Source: the human T2T-CHM13v2.0 reference genome, Homo sapiens. Taken from it: a DNA stretch of 64,000 nt. The stretch lies in assembly GCF_009914755.1 (NCBI RefSeq), contig NC_060939.1; one strand, given 5' to 3'. The translations under genes were made by a program, and so were the position numbers. Below the pieces are notes generated by a model. That model did no database searches. It was given only the letters and a program-made list of their open reading frames with translations, and was not told the DNA's origin. Positions 1 to 17,749 of the stretch are shown here, piece after piece. Every line of letters begins with the position of its first letter. Within the stretch, counting starts at the first letter, position 1.

Positions 1-500
<500 letters not shown>

Positions 501-2929
501 CTAGGGCCTGTGACTCCTAGTTTGAACTCCGTATTAGTTAAGCGAATCTGGCCCTGAAAGTAATCCTGAACTCTGAACTGCAACCATCTACTTGAGAGTC
601 CATGTGCTCTCCTAACTATAATTTAGGATTGGTTTCAGCTAAAAGTGGTATTAAATGGCAGGCAGTATTAGGACATACGTAACCACTGACGGCTTCTCTT
701 CTGAAGACCAGTGACTCCTCAGCCCAGTACCCCAGGCCGCCCACACCCTGCGATCCTGGTGCTTCTGCTGGCATTGAGTGCCCTGCAGCTGAAACCCAGC
801 CTGGTAAGTAAACAACGGTGAGTTTACTCAGCTCCGGGTAAGTTCCACCCATTCATTCCTGTCCCCTCCTCCCTCACATTCCTCTACCCACAAAGCAATG
901 CTTCAAACTGGAGGAAGAGTTAACTTTACAGCATTCATCCAAACAGATGCAGTCCGCAGTTCATGCAAACAATGTAACCAGCTGTCAACTGACCTCCAGA
1001 ATATGGGGCCTTCCCATGAGGCAGGAGTCTGTGGACTGGGATGGAACAGCTCGCCAAGCCCTTCAGCGGAGCCAGGAAAGAGAGGGCCACCTCCCAACTT
1101 CCCTGAGTGCCCTCCCCATGCCAAGGCGCCAAGCTGAGGCAGAGGCTCGGGACCACTGAACCTTATGAGCTCAAGACCATGCCAGCCACCCCCCCAAGGC
1201 ACACAGGTGAGATGAGAACAGCATCTTCTCAAGCCGCCTGCTTTTCTGAGGGATCTTCTGGCATGAGCCACAGAAATGACTTGAAGACTTATATGGAAGA
1301 TGGGACAAGATGGGACGACATGTGTTTCCCTCCTAGAACCGCTTTCTGGACTGGGAGTGTCCACACTCCAGGTCAGCCAGGCCAGATTGTCACACCATGC
1401 CCCTCTCTTCCTCCTCCTCTTCATTCGCTCCTCATGGGCCCCTCCCCTGGCTCCCCTGCCCCTCCCACTGCCCCCCATGTCCGTGTCTCCCAAGGTCCTT
1501 CCCAGCCTCTTCTCATGATAGGCTGTTTCTGGAGAGTTCCACCCAATTCCACAGCTTCTGCAACCGCCTGGCACCTGTGCATCTGAGACCTCCCACCCAG
1601 ATCGTGCACTGGAGCTCTACACCACATTTCCAATTGCCTCCAAGATGTCAGCCCCTAAATGTCCTCATAGACTCATAAATTCCAAACTCCAGTGATGCCG
1701 ACGCTCCTCCTTCCTAGCTCTCTTGCCCCTCATGTCAGAAGCCTGGGACAGTGCTGGGCACCCCTCTGTGTCTCCACCCCAACAGCCCAACAGTCACCAG
1801 GTGCTAGAAAAGACTGCCTTTTAAAAGCCCTCTCCTGTCCGCCCCTGCCTACCAGCCCCCTTGCCATGGCCATAAGTCAGCCCCCAACCCTACCCCCACC
1901 AATCCTCTCTTGACTGGTGCAGCAGCCCCCGGAGGCTTCCTCAGCCAGGCTGAGCACGAGGTTTCTTTGGGCAGACAGACTCTCTCATCCGTACTTGATT
2001 GGAATTCCTGTGGGTGGGGCCCGGCAAGAGAAAAGCTTTGAAAATCAACCCCCACATGGGTTTTGAGGAAGAGCCAGGCCTGGGCAACCAGCATTCTGGC
2101 CAATTTCCTGCTCAGGCCTCACCCTCTTTTCAATCCACCCTCTGCCTGTGGCCACCCAAAACCACTAGCACTTTCTGGAACATGGCAGGCCTTCTTTGGC
2201 TTTCTGCTGTGTACTTCTGTTCCTTCCACCCTAGCCCCACCCATCCTCTCCCCATCCAAGAGCAAACAGCTCTGAACAGTCTGGAGTAGCTGGAGACACT
2301 CCTCATCTTGGCACTCTCCTTGCCACTTGCCATCTAGCAGAGCTGGATGCTTCCCTTGAGCGCTCTCTGCTCCTCCCCCAGGTATCTAGGCTGCCTCCCA
2401 TCTCCCCCACTGGCATTTGAACTTTAAGAGCCTGGTCTTTGTGCTTGGAATCCAATGCAAAGGCTTCCCATAACTAGCACTCCATAAACAACTTTTGAAC
2501 AAAAATTCAAATTCCCAGTGGTTCAGTTGCACCAATTAAAGACTAAGTATTTCAGTCTTTTCATCCCTTTTTTTCTCTTTGAACTACCCATACATAATAC
2601 AATGGATACATTTAATTTTCCAGAGTTGTTAATGGTATATAGAAGTCTAAAAACTATTTAGAATTAGCCAAATTTAAAAAAAAATCGTTACACTGAACTT
2701 TGACCTCATTTTAGACAGGGGCCCTGGACTGCTAGTCAAGACACTTCTTTTGACCTTGCACATCTGAGTTTCAGCAGAACTTTGAAGATATTTGTGAGTT
2801 CCTCTTGCACAAGTGAAAGAAACAGATGGTGGAATGACTGTAGTGAACCTGTCACTACACAGTCATAACCTGAGTTCTAATTAATGAGCAAGAGCAACCT
2901 TTAGGAAAAAAAAAAAAAAAGGTCTCCAG

Positions 2930-3170
2930 AGGCATGCCACAGAGCTCTACCGCCTCCCCTTTCATTCAACACTTTCACCAGTATCGTAGATGAAAAAACA
3001 AAACACATGTATCAAACAAGCAGATGAAATGATTGATTAGCTAAAGATGATCAAGATTCAAAAGGTTTTTACAAGCTACAGAAACGCTGGGCACTAAACA
3101 AAACAGAAAATTTTATAGGGATAAATGTAAAGTCTGTATTTAGGTAAAAAAAATCAACTGTATTATAATA
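2930..3170 (+). mobile_element. L3/CR1 fragment
   Basis: gggataaatgtaaagtctgtatttaggt...aatcaactg resembles the L3 consensus. Confidence 0.55.
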
Positions 3171-3400
3171 GCATCAGTATTTGAGTAATCTTTATTAAGC
3201 ATTATGTGTCAGGTGCTGTGCTAAGGATTTTACACGCCATTAATCCTCATAGTGACCTCCTCAGCTGGTAAGCATGATTCAGTCCATTATACTGGTGTGG
3301 AAACTCAGGTTAAGTAACTTGCCTGGTGTCACCCAGTTAGTAAGGGGCAGGACCAGGACTTGATTTGACCCACCAGGGGCAGAGCATGTACCAGCTCTGC
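3170..3400. mobile_element. MIR
   Basis: MIR core: gaaactcaggttaagtaacttgcctggtgtcacccag. Confidence 0.7.
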
Positions 3401-3880
3401 TTAAAGCACTAACATAATGCCAGGATACACTGAGGGATGCTCACAAGAAGTTGCACCGTACTCATGGCTGAGCAGATCAAGGCTAGAGAATAGTGCCACT
3501 AAAATGGGCATCAAGGTGTGAAAATTCACCCAGAGGAAGGTGGCCTGGATGCTGAGGGTCTGGAATGATGCTGTCAGAGAAATGGTTGGTGGCACTGTCA
3601 CTCTCCTCAAGCCGTCTGTCCTACCCACCCTTCCTGCTCAGCAGCTGTCAAGCTCTCTGGGCTTTCTTCCTTCTCTGTCAGTATCTCTGTGCCTTCAACT
3701 CCTGCCACTGTGGCCTCAGGCCCTCACTCCTTTCTGAGGTTAACCCATGCCTGGTGCCTTTCTTATGTCTTCAAACTGCAGTCCTCTGCTGGTTTCCTCC
3801 CTTTCACGGGTCATGTCAGACTTTCCCTTTCCCCTTCACAGTTCTACCCAAACAGAAACGACGCCAGGGACCAAAACTAG

Positions 3881-4325
<445 letters not shown>

Positions 4326-7300
4326 CATATTTTATATTTATCTTCATACAGTATATAAACTGTTGTGCCCCATTTTTCACATAACCATGTTTTCATGTTA
4401 TGAACTCTTCAGAAATAGTACTTTTAATGGCTTCATGCTGTTTTACCATGTGAATCTTCCATAATTTACTTAACTTTACCCCTCTTGCTGGACACTGGGA
4501 TTGGTTTCAATTTAGTTATTATAAGGAAAAATACAAATAAGCAGGTGTCAGGAGAGGTAGGTAGAAAGTGGATGAACTTCTCACAAGCCCACTGTGTGCG
4601 GGGAAAAGGTCAGATCCCTTGAAGAAGAGGAAGATAATAAAGGCGGTTGAACCAAGGTGGTGGTAGTGAGAGACACTAAGAACATAGGTTTTCAACTCCG
4701 GCTCCATCACTTGTATGTTACCTTAGCAACTTACCTGACCTGAGCCATTTCTAAAAGTGTGAGATCATCTAACACACAGAGTTGTTTATCCAGATTAAAT
4801 GAGAGGCGGCACATGAAACTCTGAGGATGGCATCTAGCACATAGAGATAAAAATAACATCATCCATATCATCGTCTCCATGGTCCTAGCTATTTCTGTAA
4901 GCAAAAACGTTCAGTCATGCACACAGGTGCACATCAAACATTTATGAAGCTCCCACTGTCCCCTGCTCACTGAAAGCTCTTGGTCAATAGTGGAGACACA
5001 GAGTTCACGAGCTGTTACCAGGCAATATGGAAGGCACCGTGTGGAGGGGCTAGCTGCAGAGGCTTTCTCAGAAGAGGTCCTGCTCAAATTGAAGGTGGAA
5101 GGTGCAGGTGCCATGAGCAAAGGTGACAGACAGAGGCTCAGACAGGTGGAGTTCGTGTGCCAAGGCACGCAGTGGCAACGTGCAAGCAAGGCATTGAGGG
5201 AATGGCAAGGAGTCTGGCAGAGCATGAGCCAGGTAAGAGCAGGAAGGCAGGGAGAGAGGCAGGACCTCGTGGCTGGTCAGTGAGTCTGAAAGCAATGGGA
5301 GCCTCTAGAGGTGGTAGAGCAGAGAATGCCAGACCGGCTCTTCTTAAGAGAGATTTCAAATAGGGGAACTGCTGCTCTGAACATTTCTAAGGCTTGGCAC
5401 CTGTAGCTTTTCAAAAGAGATGGATGATTTTACACCTCACCTGGCAGCGATTGCTCCCCTCACCAAGACTTCTCCTGGAGTTCCCTCTTCCCTGTTCCCA
5501 CAGGGTGGCTTCCAGCTCCCCTGTTAGCTCCTCCTCTGGATGGCTCCATCTCAGCCCTTCTGCTTCCTCTCACTCCTTGCACAGATGCATTCCCCGCTGG
5601 GCTGTCCCTCACCCTCTTCTCTGTCTGCCTTCTCCCACCTTGGTGAGACCCTCAGTGTCTTGTTGGCTTCAGTGACCACCTCTGGGCAGAAGACCCTCGG
5701 CAGGGCCCATCCCCTCCCTCTGACACCTCCCACCCTGCAAGGCACCTTCCCTTGGAAGCCCCCTCACCCCTTCAACCCCTGCAAATACAGAACTTGCCTG
5801 ATGACTTTCTTAAGAAATATTTCCTCCTCATGCCACATCCTTAATTCACTCAAGGGCACCACCCTGCTGTCTCTCATACAGACTCTAACCTCAAATGTCA
5901 TCCTTGGCTGGTCCCTTCAACCCCCACCCCACTCCCCAGTCCAGCCTCTCAGCCTCACCTGCCTCCACCCTCCATGGCCAACACTGCAGCTCTAATTCTT
6001 TTCCAACAGCTGGAATGACCTGAGAATTCAGCTACGTGACCCCGGCCTCTCTCCTCCACAGCCCAAGGGCGCTGCTGGCATACATAACAAATCTAACAGT
6101 CCTAACACACCACCCTTGATTCTGCCAGCCCCCACTCAAAACCCACACTGGGGAATAAAGCCCTGACCTCGCTCTCTGGCTGCCATGGCCCTCCCCTTCA
6201 CACCTCCAGAACAGACAAAATGGGGGCTAACTGCCCACCAGGAAGGGAGGTGGCAGCCTAGGAACACAGGTGTCTACGTGGACACAAGGTCAGTGGGAAT
6301 GGCCATCAGGCTGCGTCAGTCTCTGGGATTCTCAGATTCTCATTCCCTCCAAGCTTGTACCTTTAAACTCCTTCCTATCAGTTTTCTTACATTGTGCCTG
6401 GTACTTACTAGACATTTAATAAATATCTGAGGTTTGAGGCACCTAAAAATAGGGGTGCTTGCACCTGTGTGTTTCTGCTTCTGGAAATACTGTCACCTCA
6501 AATAGGTTCAGCAGCAGCATTTTTCTCTGTCCTCCAAAGTATCGTCGAAGACTAGTCCAAGACTTTTCTTTCACTTCCAGTAAACTGAAGGCTGAAGAAG
6601 CGCTGTTGGCTGTCTGAGGGCTCACAGTCTCACTGGTGAAAATATTCTAGAACAAAACTAGGGCAATTCAAACACTGTCCATTTAGAACTCCAGTTAATG
6701 GAGATGCAATAGAGGAGAAACTACAGTTCGGTTGCTTTGTGTCCGGACTGTTACTAAGTAATCAAAGTAGAAGAAAAACGTTTGCTTAAACCATTGAAAC
6801 ATGATTTTTTAAATAACTATCTTTTCTATCTACAGCAAAAGCATCTTTTAAAGTAGAAAGCTAGAGCATGTGTCCGGGGAAATGGATGGATTCTAGTTCC
6901 ACTCGTCTGAATACTGAGGTCTCTAGATTTCCCCAACTGGTGTATAGGAGGATCAGGCTTTATGGCTATTCAAATGGATTTTTTTTTTTCAAAAGTGCTA
7001 ACACTGTCACACTCTTTATCCAAATAATTACCCAAGCCCATCTCAGAGGGTTTGGGGCATATGTGGGAACGCTGCCCTTCCGAGGTAAGAGGTGGAGCCC
7101 CAGCCAGCAGAAAGGAAGCTTCTGAGGAATGCTCTAGTGTTTCCCAGAGTCAGGGTATATGAAAGGCGCTTTAGAAACTGTGGTGTTTGTACTGTTGCTA
7201 ACAGTACAGATGTTAGGCAAAGAGCCTACGACTGCACCTCGTGGCCCCTGGGCTCCCCAAGCGCTTGGTGCCACTGCAGTGCCCTCAAGCCTGTGACCCA

Positions 7301-7399
7301 GGCTGCTTCAGCTTCTGATGAGCCTACATGCACGTTCACGCACTTTGAAGACACAGAATTCTAGAAAGCAGCCCGAACACTGCGGCCATAAGCTTCTAT

Positions 7400-8275
7400 G
7401 CCAGCTCGTTCAAGGGGGTCCCAGGAGGGGCCAGGAGACTGGCCGGCGTCTCAGCTTCCTACGTCCGCATGGGCAACTCTGATTCCACCCGTGGTGTGGT
7501 AGGAAGGGACCGAGGCGCTCCAGTCCCGGGAGATGGGGACGCACGCGCGACCCCTGGGCACTGGGGATTCTAGGCCCCGAGGCCGGAGCGGCGGAGGGGG
7601 CGGCCCCTCCCACAGGGTCTTCCCACCCACAGGGCACCCAGGCGCAGCGGAGCCAGGAGGGGGCTTACCCGCGGGCAGGGACGGAGCACGCCGGGGCCCT
7701 GGAGGGGCGACGCTCGCTCGTGTCCCCGGTCCCCGTGGCCCCTCCGCGGCGCCTCCGCGGCCCCCAGCGCGCGCCCGCCCGCCCTGCCGTGTCAGGTGCG
7801 CAGGTGTGGCAGGTGTGGCCCGGGCGCCAGGTCGAGTCAGCGTTAGCAGGGCCGGCTCCCCCACAGCGCTCCCAGGAGCCCAGCGGACCCTCCTACCTGC
7901 GTGTACAGCTCGGCCACCGCCATGGGCAGGAGGGGCCGGGGCCAGGCCGGGGCTGCCGAACGTGCGAGGTTCGGGGGCTGGGCCTGCGCCGCAGAGGCCG
8001 GGCGCAGGAGAGACCGCCGCGGAAATCACCGCCGGGCCATCTTGCCCAAAGTTTTCCAACGGCCTCCTGTTCCCGTTCCCGAGTTGGCGGCGAGGGGAGG
8101 GGGCAGCGGCGGGATTGGTCCCTCCAAGCTTGGCCCGGCTAGTCGGCGCTGCCATTGGCCGGGGCCGGGCGGCTGCACCTGGCGGGAGCGCGGGTGGAGA
8201 AGGTTGGGGCCCGGGGCGCGCTGCCAGGCAGGAACAGATGCATCCGGAGGCTGCCCGGCCCGAGTGTTAGCTCCT
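7400..8275. promoter_or_regulatory. MYO5C: CpG island / MYO5C promoter and 5' exon
   Basis: Very GC- and CpG-rich block around the ATG. Two minus-strand CCAAT boxes (ATTGG at 8114-8118 and 8154-8158), GC boxes and a YY1-like CAAGATGGC near 8036-8044; no TATA box seen. Confidence 0.9.
7897..7923 (-). CDS. MYO5C: Myosin Vc, first coding exon (MAVAELYTQ); intron 1 runs past the window start
   Basis: Minus strand reads ATG GCG GTG GCC GAG CTG TAC ACG CAG|gtagga, matching the myosin Vc N-terminus. It lies in a CpG island just downstream of MYO5A, the known tandem arrangement. Confidence 0.95.
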
Positions 8276-8299
8276 CAAAGAGCAGAGGATACGACCATT

Positions 8300-11750
<3,451 letters not shown>

Positions 11751-11754
11751 GGAA

Positions 11755-11888
11755 TTTTTTTTTTTTTTTTTTTTTTGAGACAGAGTTTAGCTCTTGTTGC
11801 CCAGGCTGGAGTGCAATGGCGTGATCTCGCCTCGGCCTCCCAAAGTGCTGGGATTACAGGCGTGAGCCACCACACCTGACACCTGGCC
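11755..11888 (-). mobile_element. Alu with large internal deletion
   Basis: Right-arm 3' end fused to left-arm 5' end. Confidence 0.8.
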
Positions 11889-11957
11889 ATTTTATTTATT
11901 TCTTTTTCTTTTTTTTTTTTTTTTTTTTTTTTTAGAGATGGAGTCTTGCTATGTTGC

Positions 11958-12521
11958 TGTGGAGGAAAAGTTAAATATCAAATTGAACATGGACACAAAC
12001 AATGGTCACCAAGTCCCAGAATAGGTTGTGTGAGCCCCTTAAGGCATTCATCCAGCACTTTTTTGGAGAAATCCCCATTTCAATCTATTCCTATACGTTA
12101 GTTATTGAAAAACAACAATTGCAAAAAAAAAAGTTGACTTTTTGGGTTCCTTGAGCCCAGTCGCAAAGGGCCTCCTGATTGGGCCTCATGCCAAACAACT
12201 TGTTACAAAAAGAGCTTGGGTCCCAGACTGCACTGAAGCTTCATGAGACCTCTCCTCATCTATACCAGTGAGTGGCCGACTCTGGAGCCCAGGCTGTTGC
12301 TTACGGGTCTGGTGGTGAATTCTCCATAGTCTGGTGAGTGTAAATATATATATATATCTTATCCTTTCTCCCCTTCCCATTGCAATTTGCTTATTATATC
12401 AATTTGCTTATTATATCATCTGCTTATTATTATCTGCATTGCCATTTACATGGGATAAAGTTGTTTACCCTTAAAAGTATTGTGTGTGCCTTCTCCCCTC
12501 GCAGGTCTCCCACACAGAACA
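11958..12521. mobile_element. Solo LTR (564 bp, ERVL-class, LTR18A-like) inserted in an Alu monomer
   Basis: TG...CA termini, 5-bp TSD GTTGC (11953-11957 and 12522-12526), internal TTGCTTATTAT repeats. Family name recalled, not searched. Confidence 0.8.
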
Positions 12522-12639
12522 GTTGCCCAGGTTGGTCTTGAACCCCTGGACTCTAGTGATCTTCCTTCCTCAGCTTCTCAAGTAGCTGGGATTACAGGCA
12601 TGCACCACTGTGCCTGTTTTTGTTGTTGTTTGTTTTTGT

Positions 12640-15600
12640 TTTTCTTAAATCCAGTCTGATAATCTCTGCCTTTTTATTGGGGTGTGTAATCCATTCACAT
12701 TTCTTGTAGTCTTTGATATGGTTGGATTTATGTCTGCCATTTGTTGTTTTCTATATGGCACATGTATTTTTCTCCCTCTGTTTCCCCTTTCTTGAATTTT
12801 TTGGTGATAGTTTTTATTAAGTGCATAATTTAAATTTCCCCCCTAAAAAGAACTCTATTTCTTGAGTTAACTTTTCAGTGATTCTTTAGGGATTAAGTAA
12901 CATTCCATTATATTAATCAATTAATGAATATTTGGGTTGTTCCCACCTTTTGGCTATTAGGAGTAATGTTGCTATAAACATTTATGTACAAGTTTTTGTA
13001 TGAACATATATGTCTTCATTTCTCTTGGGTATTTCCAGGAGTGGAATTGCTGGGTCATAGGGTAACTCTGTTCTTTAACTGTTGGGGGAACTACTAGATT
13101 GTTTTCCAGAGTGGCTGCACCATTTTACATTTCTACCAGCAGTGCCTGAGAGTTCTGATTTCTCCACATCCTTGCCAATTCATGTTATTACCTGACTTTT
13201 TGGTTCTAGGCATTTTGGTGGGTGTGAAGTAGTATCTCACTGTGGCTTTCATATGCATTTCCCTCATGCCAGGCATCTGCATCTTTTCATGTGCTTTTGT
13301 GTATCTTCTTTGGAGAAATGTCTATTTAGATCCTTTGTTCATTTTAAAATTGTCTTTTTATTATTAAGTAATAAGAGTTCTTTATATATTCTAGATACGA
13401 CTCCATTATCAGATATATGATTTGCAAATATTTCTACCTATTATACAGGTTGCCTTTTCATTTTCTCGACAGTGTTCACTGAAGCACAAAAGTTTTCAAT
13501 TGTGATGAAGTTCGGTTTATTTTTTCTTTTGTTATTTGTGCTTTTGGTGTCATATCTAAGAATCCCTTTGTCAATCGAAAGTCAAGAAGATTTATCCTTT
13601 TGTTTTCTTCTAAGTTTTATAGTTTTAGCTCTTACATTTAGGCCTGTGACCCATTTTGAGTTTTTGTTTGTTTTGTTTGTTTGAGACAAGGTCTCTCTCT
13701 GTTACCCAGGCTGGAGCACAGTGGTGATCATAGCTCACTGCAGCCTCAAATTCCTGGGCTCAAGTGATTCTTCTCTTTGGCCTCTGTAGTATCTAGAACT
13801 TCAGGTGCATGCCACCATGCCTAGATAAATTTTTTTTTGTAGAAATGGGGTCACTACATTGCCAAGGCTAGTTTTAAACTCCTGGCCTCAAGTGATCCTT
13901 GTACCTTGGCCTCCCAAAACACTAGGATTATAGATGTGAGCCACTGCATCCAGCAGAGTTTTGTTTGTTTTTTGTATATGGTATGAGATAAAGGCCTAAC
14001 TTTATTATTTTGCATTAGCTATTCAGTTGTGTCAACATTATTTGTTGAAAAGACTATTCTTTCCCCATCGAATGGTTATGGCACTCTTGTTGAAATCAAT
14101 TGATCATAAACACATAGGTTTATTTCCCTACTCTAAATTATATTCCACTGATGTCTATGGCTATCTTTACTTTCAGTGCCAGATGGTCTAGTTTGCTGTT
14201 GCTTTGTAGTAAGCCTTGAAATTAGAGTCATCCAACTTTGCTATTGTTTTTCAAGAGTGTTCTGGCTATTTGGTGTCCCTTGCAATTCCACCTGAATTTT
14301 AGAATCACCTTGTAGACAACATATAGTTGGGTCTTGTGTTTTGATCCACTCTGACAATCTGTCTTTTAATTTGTGTACTTAGACCATGGACATTTACACA
14401 GACTACTGATAGATTTGGATTAATATCTACCATATTTGTTACTGTTCTATTTGTTGCCCTTGGTCTTGTTTCTATTTTTTGTCTTCCACTCTTTTTTCTG
14501 CCATTTGTGGTTTTAATTGAGCATTTAATGTGATTCAGTTTTTTCTCTTTTCTTAGCATATTAATTATACTTCTATTTTTACTTTTTATAGTGGTTGCCC
14601 TGGAGTTTGCAATACACATTGATAACGAATCCATGCCCATCTTCACAGAACATGATATCACTTTACAGTGTATAAGGTACAGTACAAGTACCTTATAATA
14701 TCAAAAGGTTCCTATTCCTCCCTCCTGTTCTTTGTATTGTTGTTGTCATTCATCAAATGTATTCTTTAATCATAGTTTCCTTTAGTTCTTTGAATATATT
14801 TATAATGGCTGATCTGAAATCTTTGTTAATCTAACACCTTGTTATTCTTATAAGCAGTTTCTGTTGCCTGATTTTTTTTTCTGCTTATAAGTCATACTTT
14901 CCTGTTTCTTTGCATGTCTTGTAATTTTTTGGTTATAATCAAGATATTTCTGATAATGTAGTAGCTCTGCATACTGGTCCTTGTTTTTGTAAATAAACTG
15001 GGCTTATTTATGTTTTAGTGACCAGCTGGCTTATTTCAATAAGATCTATTTGGCCCTCCTCCACTACTCCATAGTGGGAAGCCTCTGATGCTGCTTCTCA
15101 GGCAGTGTAGCCTGCTAAACCTGGGATGACAGTGGTTTTGGCTAGCTTCACTTTGACTGTGTTAACATTCAGCTGTTAAACTCCACCAATTACGATTTTC
15201 AACAATGCTATAAGGAACACATTGTTTCACAGACAGTATCTGATCAATTTTGGGCTCCTTTGAAAGGATAGTTCTTGAGGTCAATGTTTGAGACTTGTTC
15301 TGATCCTGCAAGGACTCCTCCTGGCTGTCTCTTCTCCCAGTTCTCTCCAGGAAAGTTATAGCCTAAAGTTCAGCCGATAACTCTAATGAATCTACCAATC
15401 CCCTCCCAATCCCCAGTCACTGCAACCTTCACTGTTTTTGAAACGCCCTTAGGCTTGAACTTCTCCACACTCTTTTGCAAATGAAGTCAGTTCCTTTAGG
15501 AAGTAATTTGGAGCTTTCTGTTTTACAGCCTGCTTCTGCTCCTGGTGAAAATCTCTGAGCCATTGTTCTGGAGCTGGGGATGAGGACAATGGCTTGCATC

Positions 15601-16220
15601 TCTTTGAGTGATGGGAGCCAAATGCTCGGTGGATGGGGGATAGTGGCCTTAGGTCTTTTTGGTTGGCCTTTCCCAGGATGAGAGCACCACCTTACAAGCC
15701 TGAACAAGATGCACTGGGGTCCCAGTATTTTCAGCAGTGATGTCCCCAAGGTAGAGCCTGTGAGCCATGAGTAGGGGCTGGGTAGAAGGGACCCCCCCCA
15801 CCTGTTGACTGCATTTATTTGAAACTTAGCTTAAGCAAGAGGTGGCTGGGAGCAGGATGAGAAGTGCTGACATCCTGCCCCTCCCAGGAAGACAGCCCTC
15901 CAACTGTGAGCTGGCAGAGAGGAAGCCCTGAGTTCTTGGCTATACCATCTAGAGTGGAGTTTTTGTCTCATTGACCTGGAAGATGGAAGGAGGGAGGAAT
16001 CTTGGTTCAGATACAACAAGCTCATTCTCTTTATCAAGCTTTAGTATGTTTTCTTGAATAAGCACTTCTTCATTTGGTGTATGCCCTTAGGACCATTTCT
16101 AGAGACTTTAAAGAATTGGGGGTTTGGTTTGTTTTTAAAATAATTCTCACTGGTTTCACTGGTTTCCCTTGGGAGTTGTCTGCAAAGCTCCTCATGCTAT
16201 CATGTCAGAAGTGGAATTCC
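12640..16220. mobile_element. Old L1M fragments with an AluJ (~13665-13955, minus)
   Basis: L1-like motifs such as ccagagtggctgcaccattttacatt and ttggagaaatgtctatttagatcctttg. Confidence 0.65.
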
Positions 16221-16787
16221 TAAAAGCTACTTTTGAAATGTGAGAAATATTTCTCCTGTTGTATTTAATGTCAACTCAAGAATGGTTTTCCATGGGCTTT
16301 TGGCCTGTCTTTCTTTGCCCATCTCACTTCTGTTGACCAACCCCATTCCTACCTGTATTTTCCTCCCTCCCTTCTGTTTTCATGAGGTTGTTTTTAACAG
16401 CTTCTTACTTCCCTCCAAAAGGAGCCCCATTCTTTTGCACAGTAATCACCATCCTAGCTAGGGTCATCCTAGACACAGGCCATTCAGCCCGGAGACCTAT
16501 TTTTCGCAGACCATGGGTGTACATGTGAAAAGAAACCATTTGTCTTCCTAGATTATAACCTGAAGATTTGATACAACCCAGATCTTCTCAGTAGAAATTT
16601 TTTTTGGTCACAAGTAGCATTGACCAAACTCTCTTCAAATTCATTTAGCTTTCTTGATAATATAGACTCTTAGGAAATGAGCTTCAGATATACATGGTTG
16701 ACAACATAAACTAGTATTTTCTTTCTTTTCCAGTAACTGCTGAAGTTTCAAAATGTCTGTTTACCATATTTAAGTTTTGGTAAGTAG

Positions 16788-17120
<333 letters not shown>

Positions 17121-17749
17121 AACCAAGCATAATTTTTTAGCACTTGCCCACATTCTTACCTTCTTGGCATTCACTTCTCTAGGCCCAATTGTCTCAGGAT
17201 TTTCAAACCATTCTTATGAGTAGTATCCTTTTCCTTCAGTTATCTCTTATTCTCTTCTGAACCTCTTATATTCCCTTGTGTTTTGTTTGAAACCCAATGA
17301 CCAGAACTGCCCATAGCTGGCCAACATGGTGCTAACGAGGTCTGTATGGCAGGTTTTATTTCTCTCCTTTTGAATAATGTCCATCATATTTTGGTTTCAG
17401 TAGCAAGGTGATCAATGTGAACAAATCACATGTCTTCCCAGGTCCCTTTCCGGGGTGGTAAATGTGATTTCAAAATTCTTGTTGTGTAACACTTTGCTTA
17501 CTTCTTTGTGCACTTATGCTGACTGCTAAGACCCAGGAAACCCACCCAGCAGCTCCACACTTTCACATGGATGGCACACTCCCAGTGCTGCACACAATTC
17601 GTGTCCCTTTCTTTCCCATTCAGGAGAATGCATTACTGTAGACATGCATTGCTTTCATTTCCTCTGTGAACTATACTCTGTCTTTCCTCTGGTGAACTCC
17701 CACTACCACCTAATCAATCCTATGTTTTCTGTGAATTACCCAATTTTTA

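Noticed and set aside
898-1678. ORFs of 223 aa (minus) and 159 aa (plus) in MYO5C intron 1
   Set aside because: No recognisable domain, promoter or splice context; overlapping frames on both strands suggest chance
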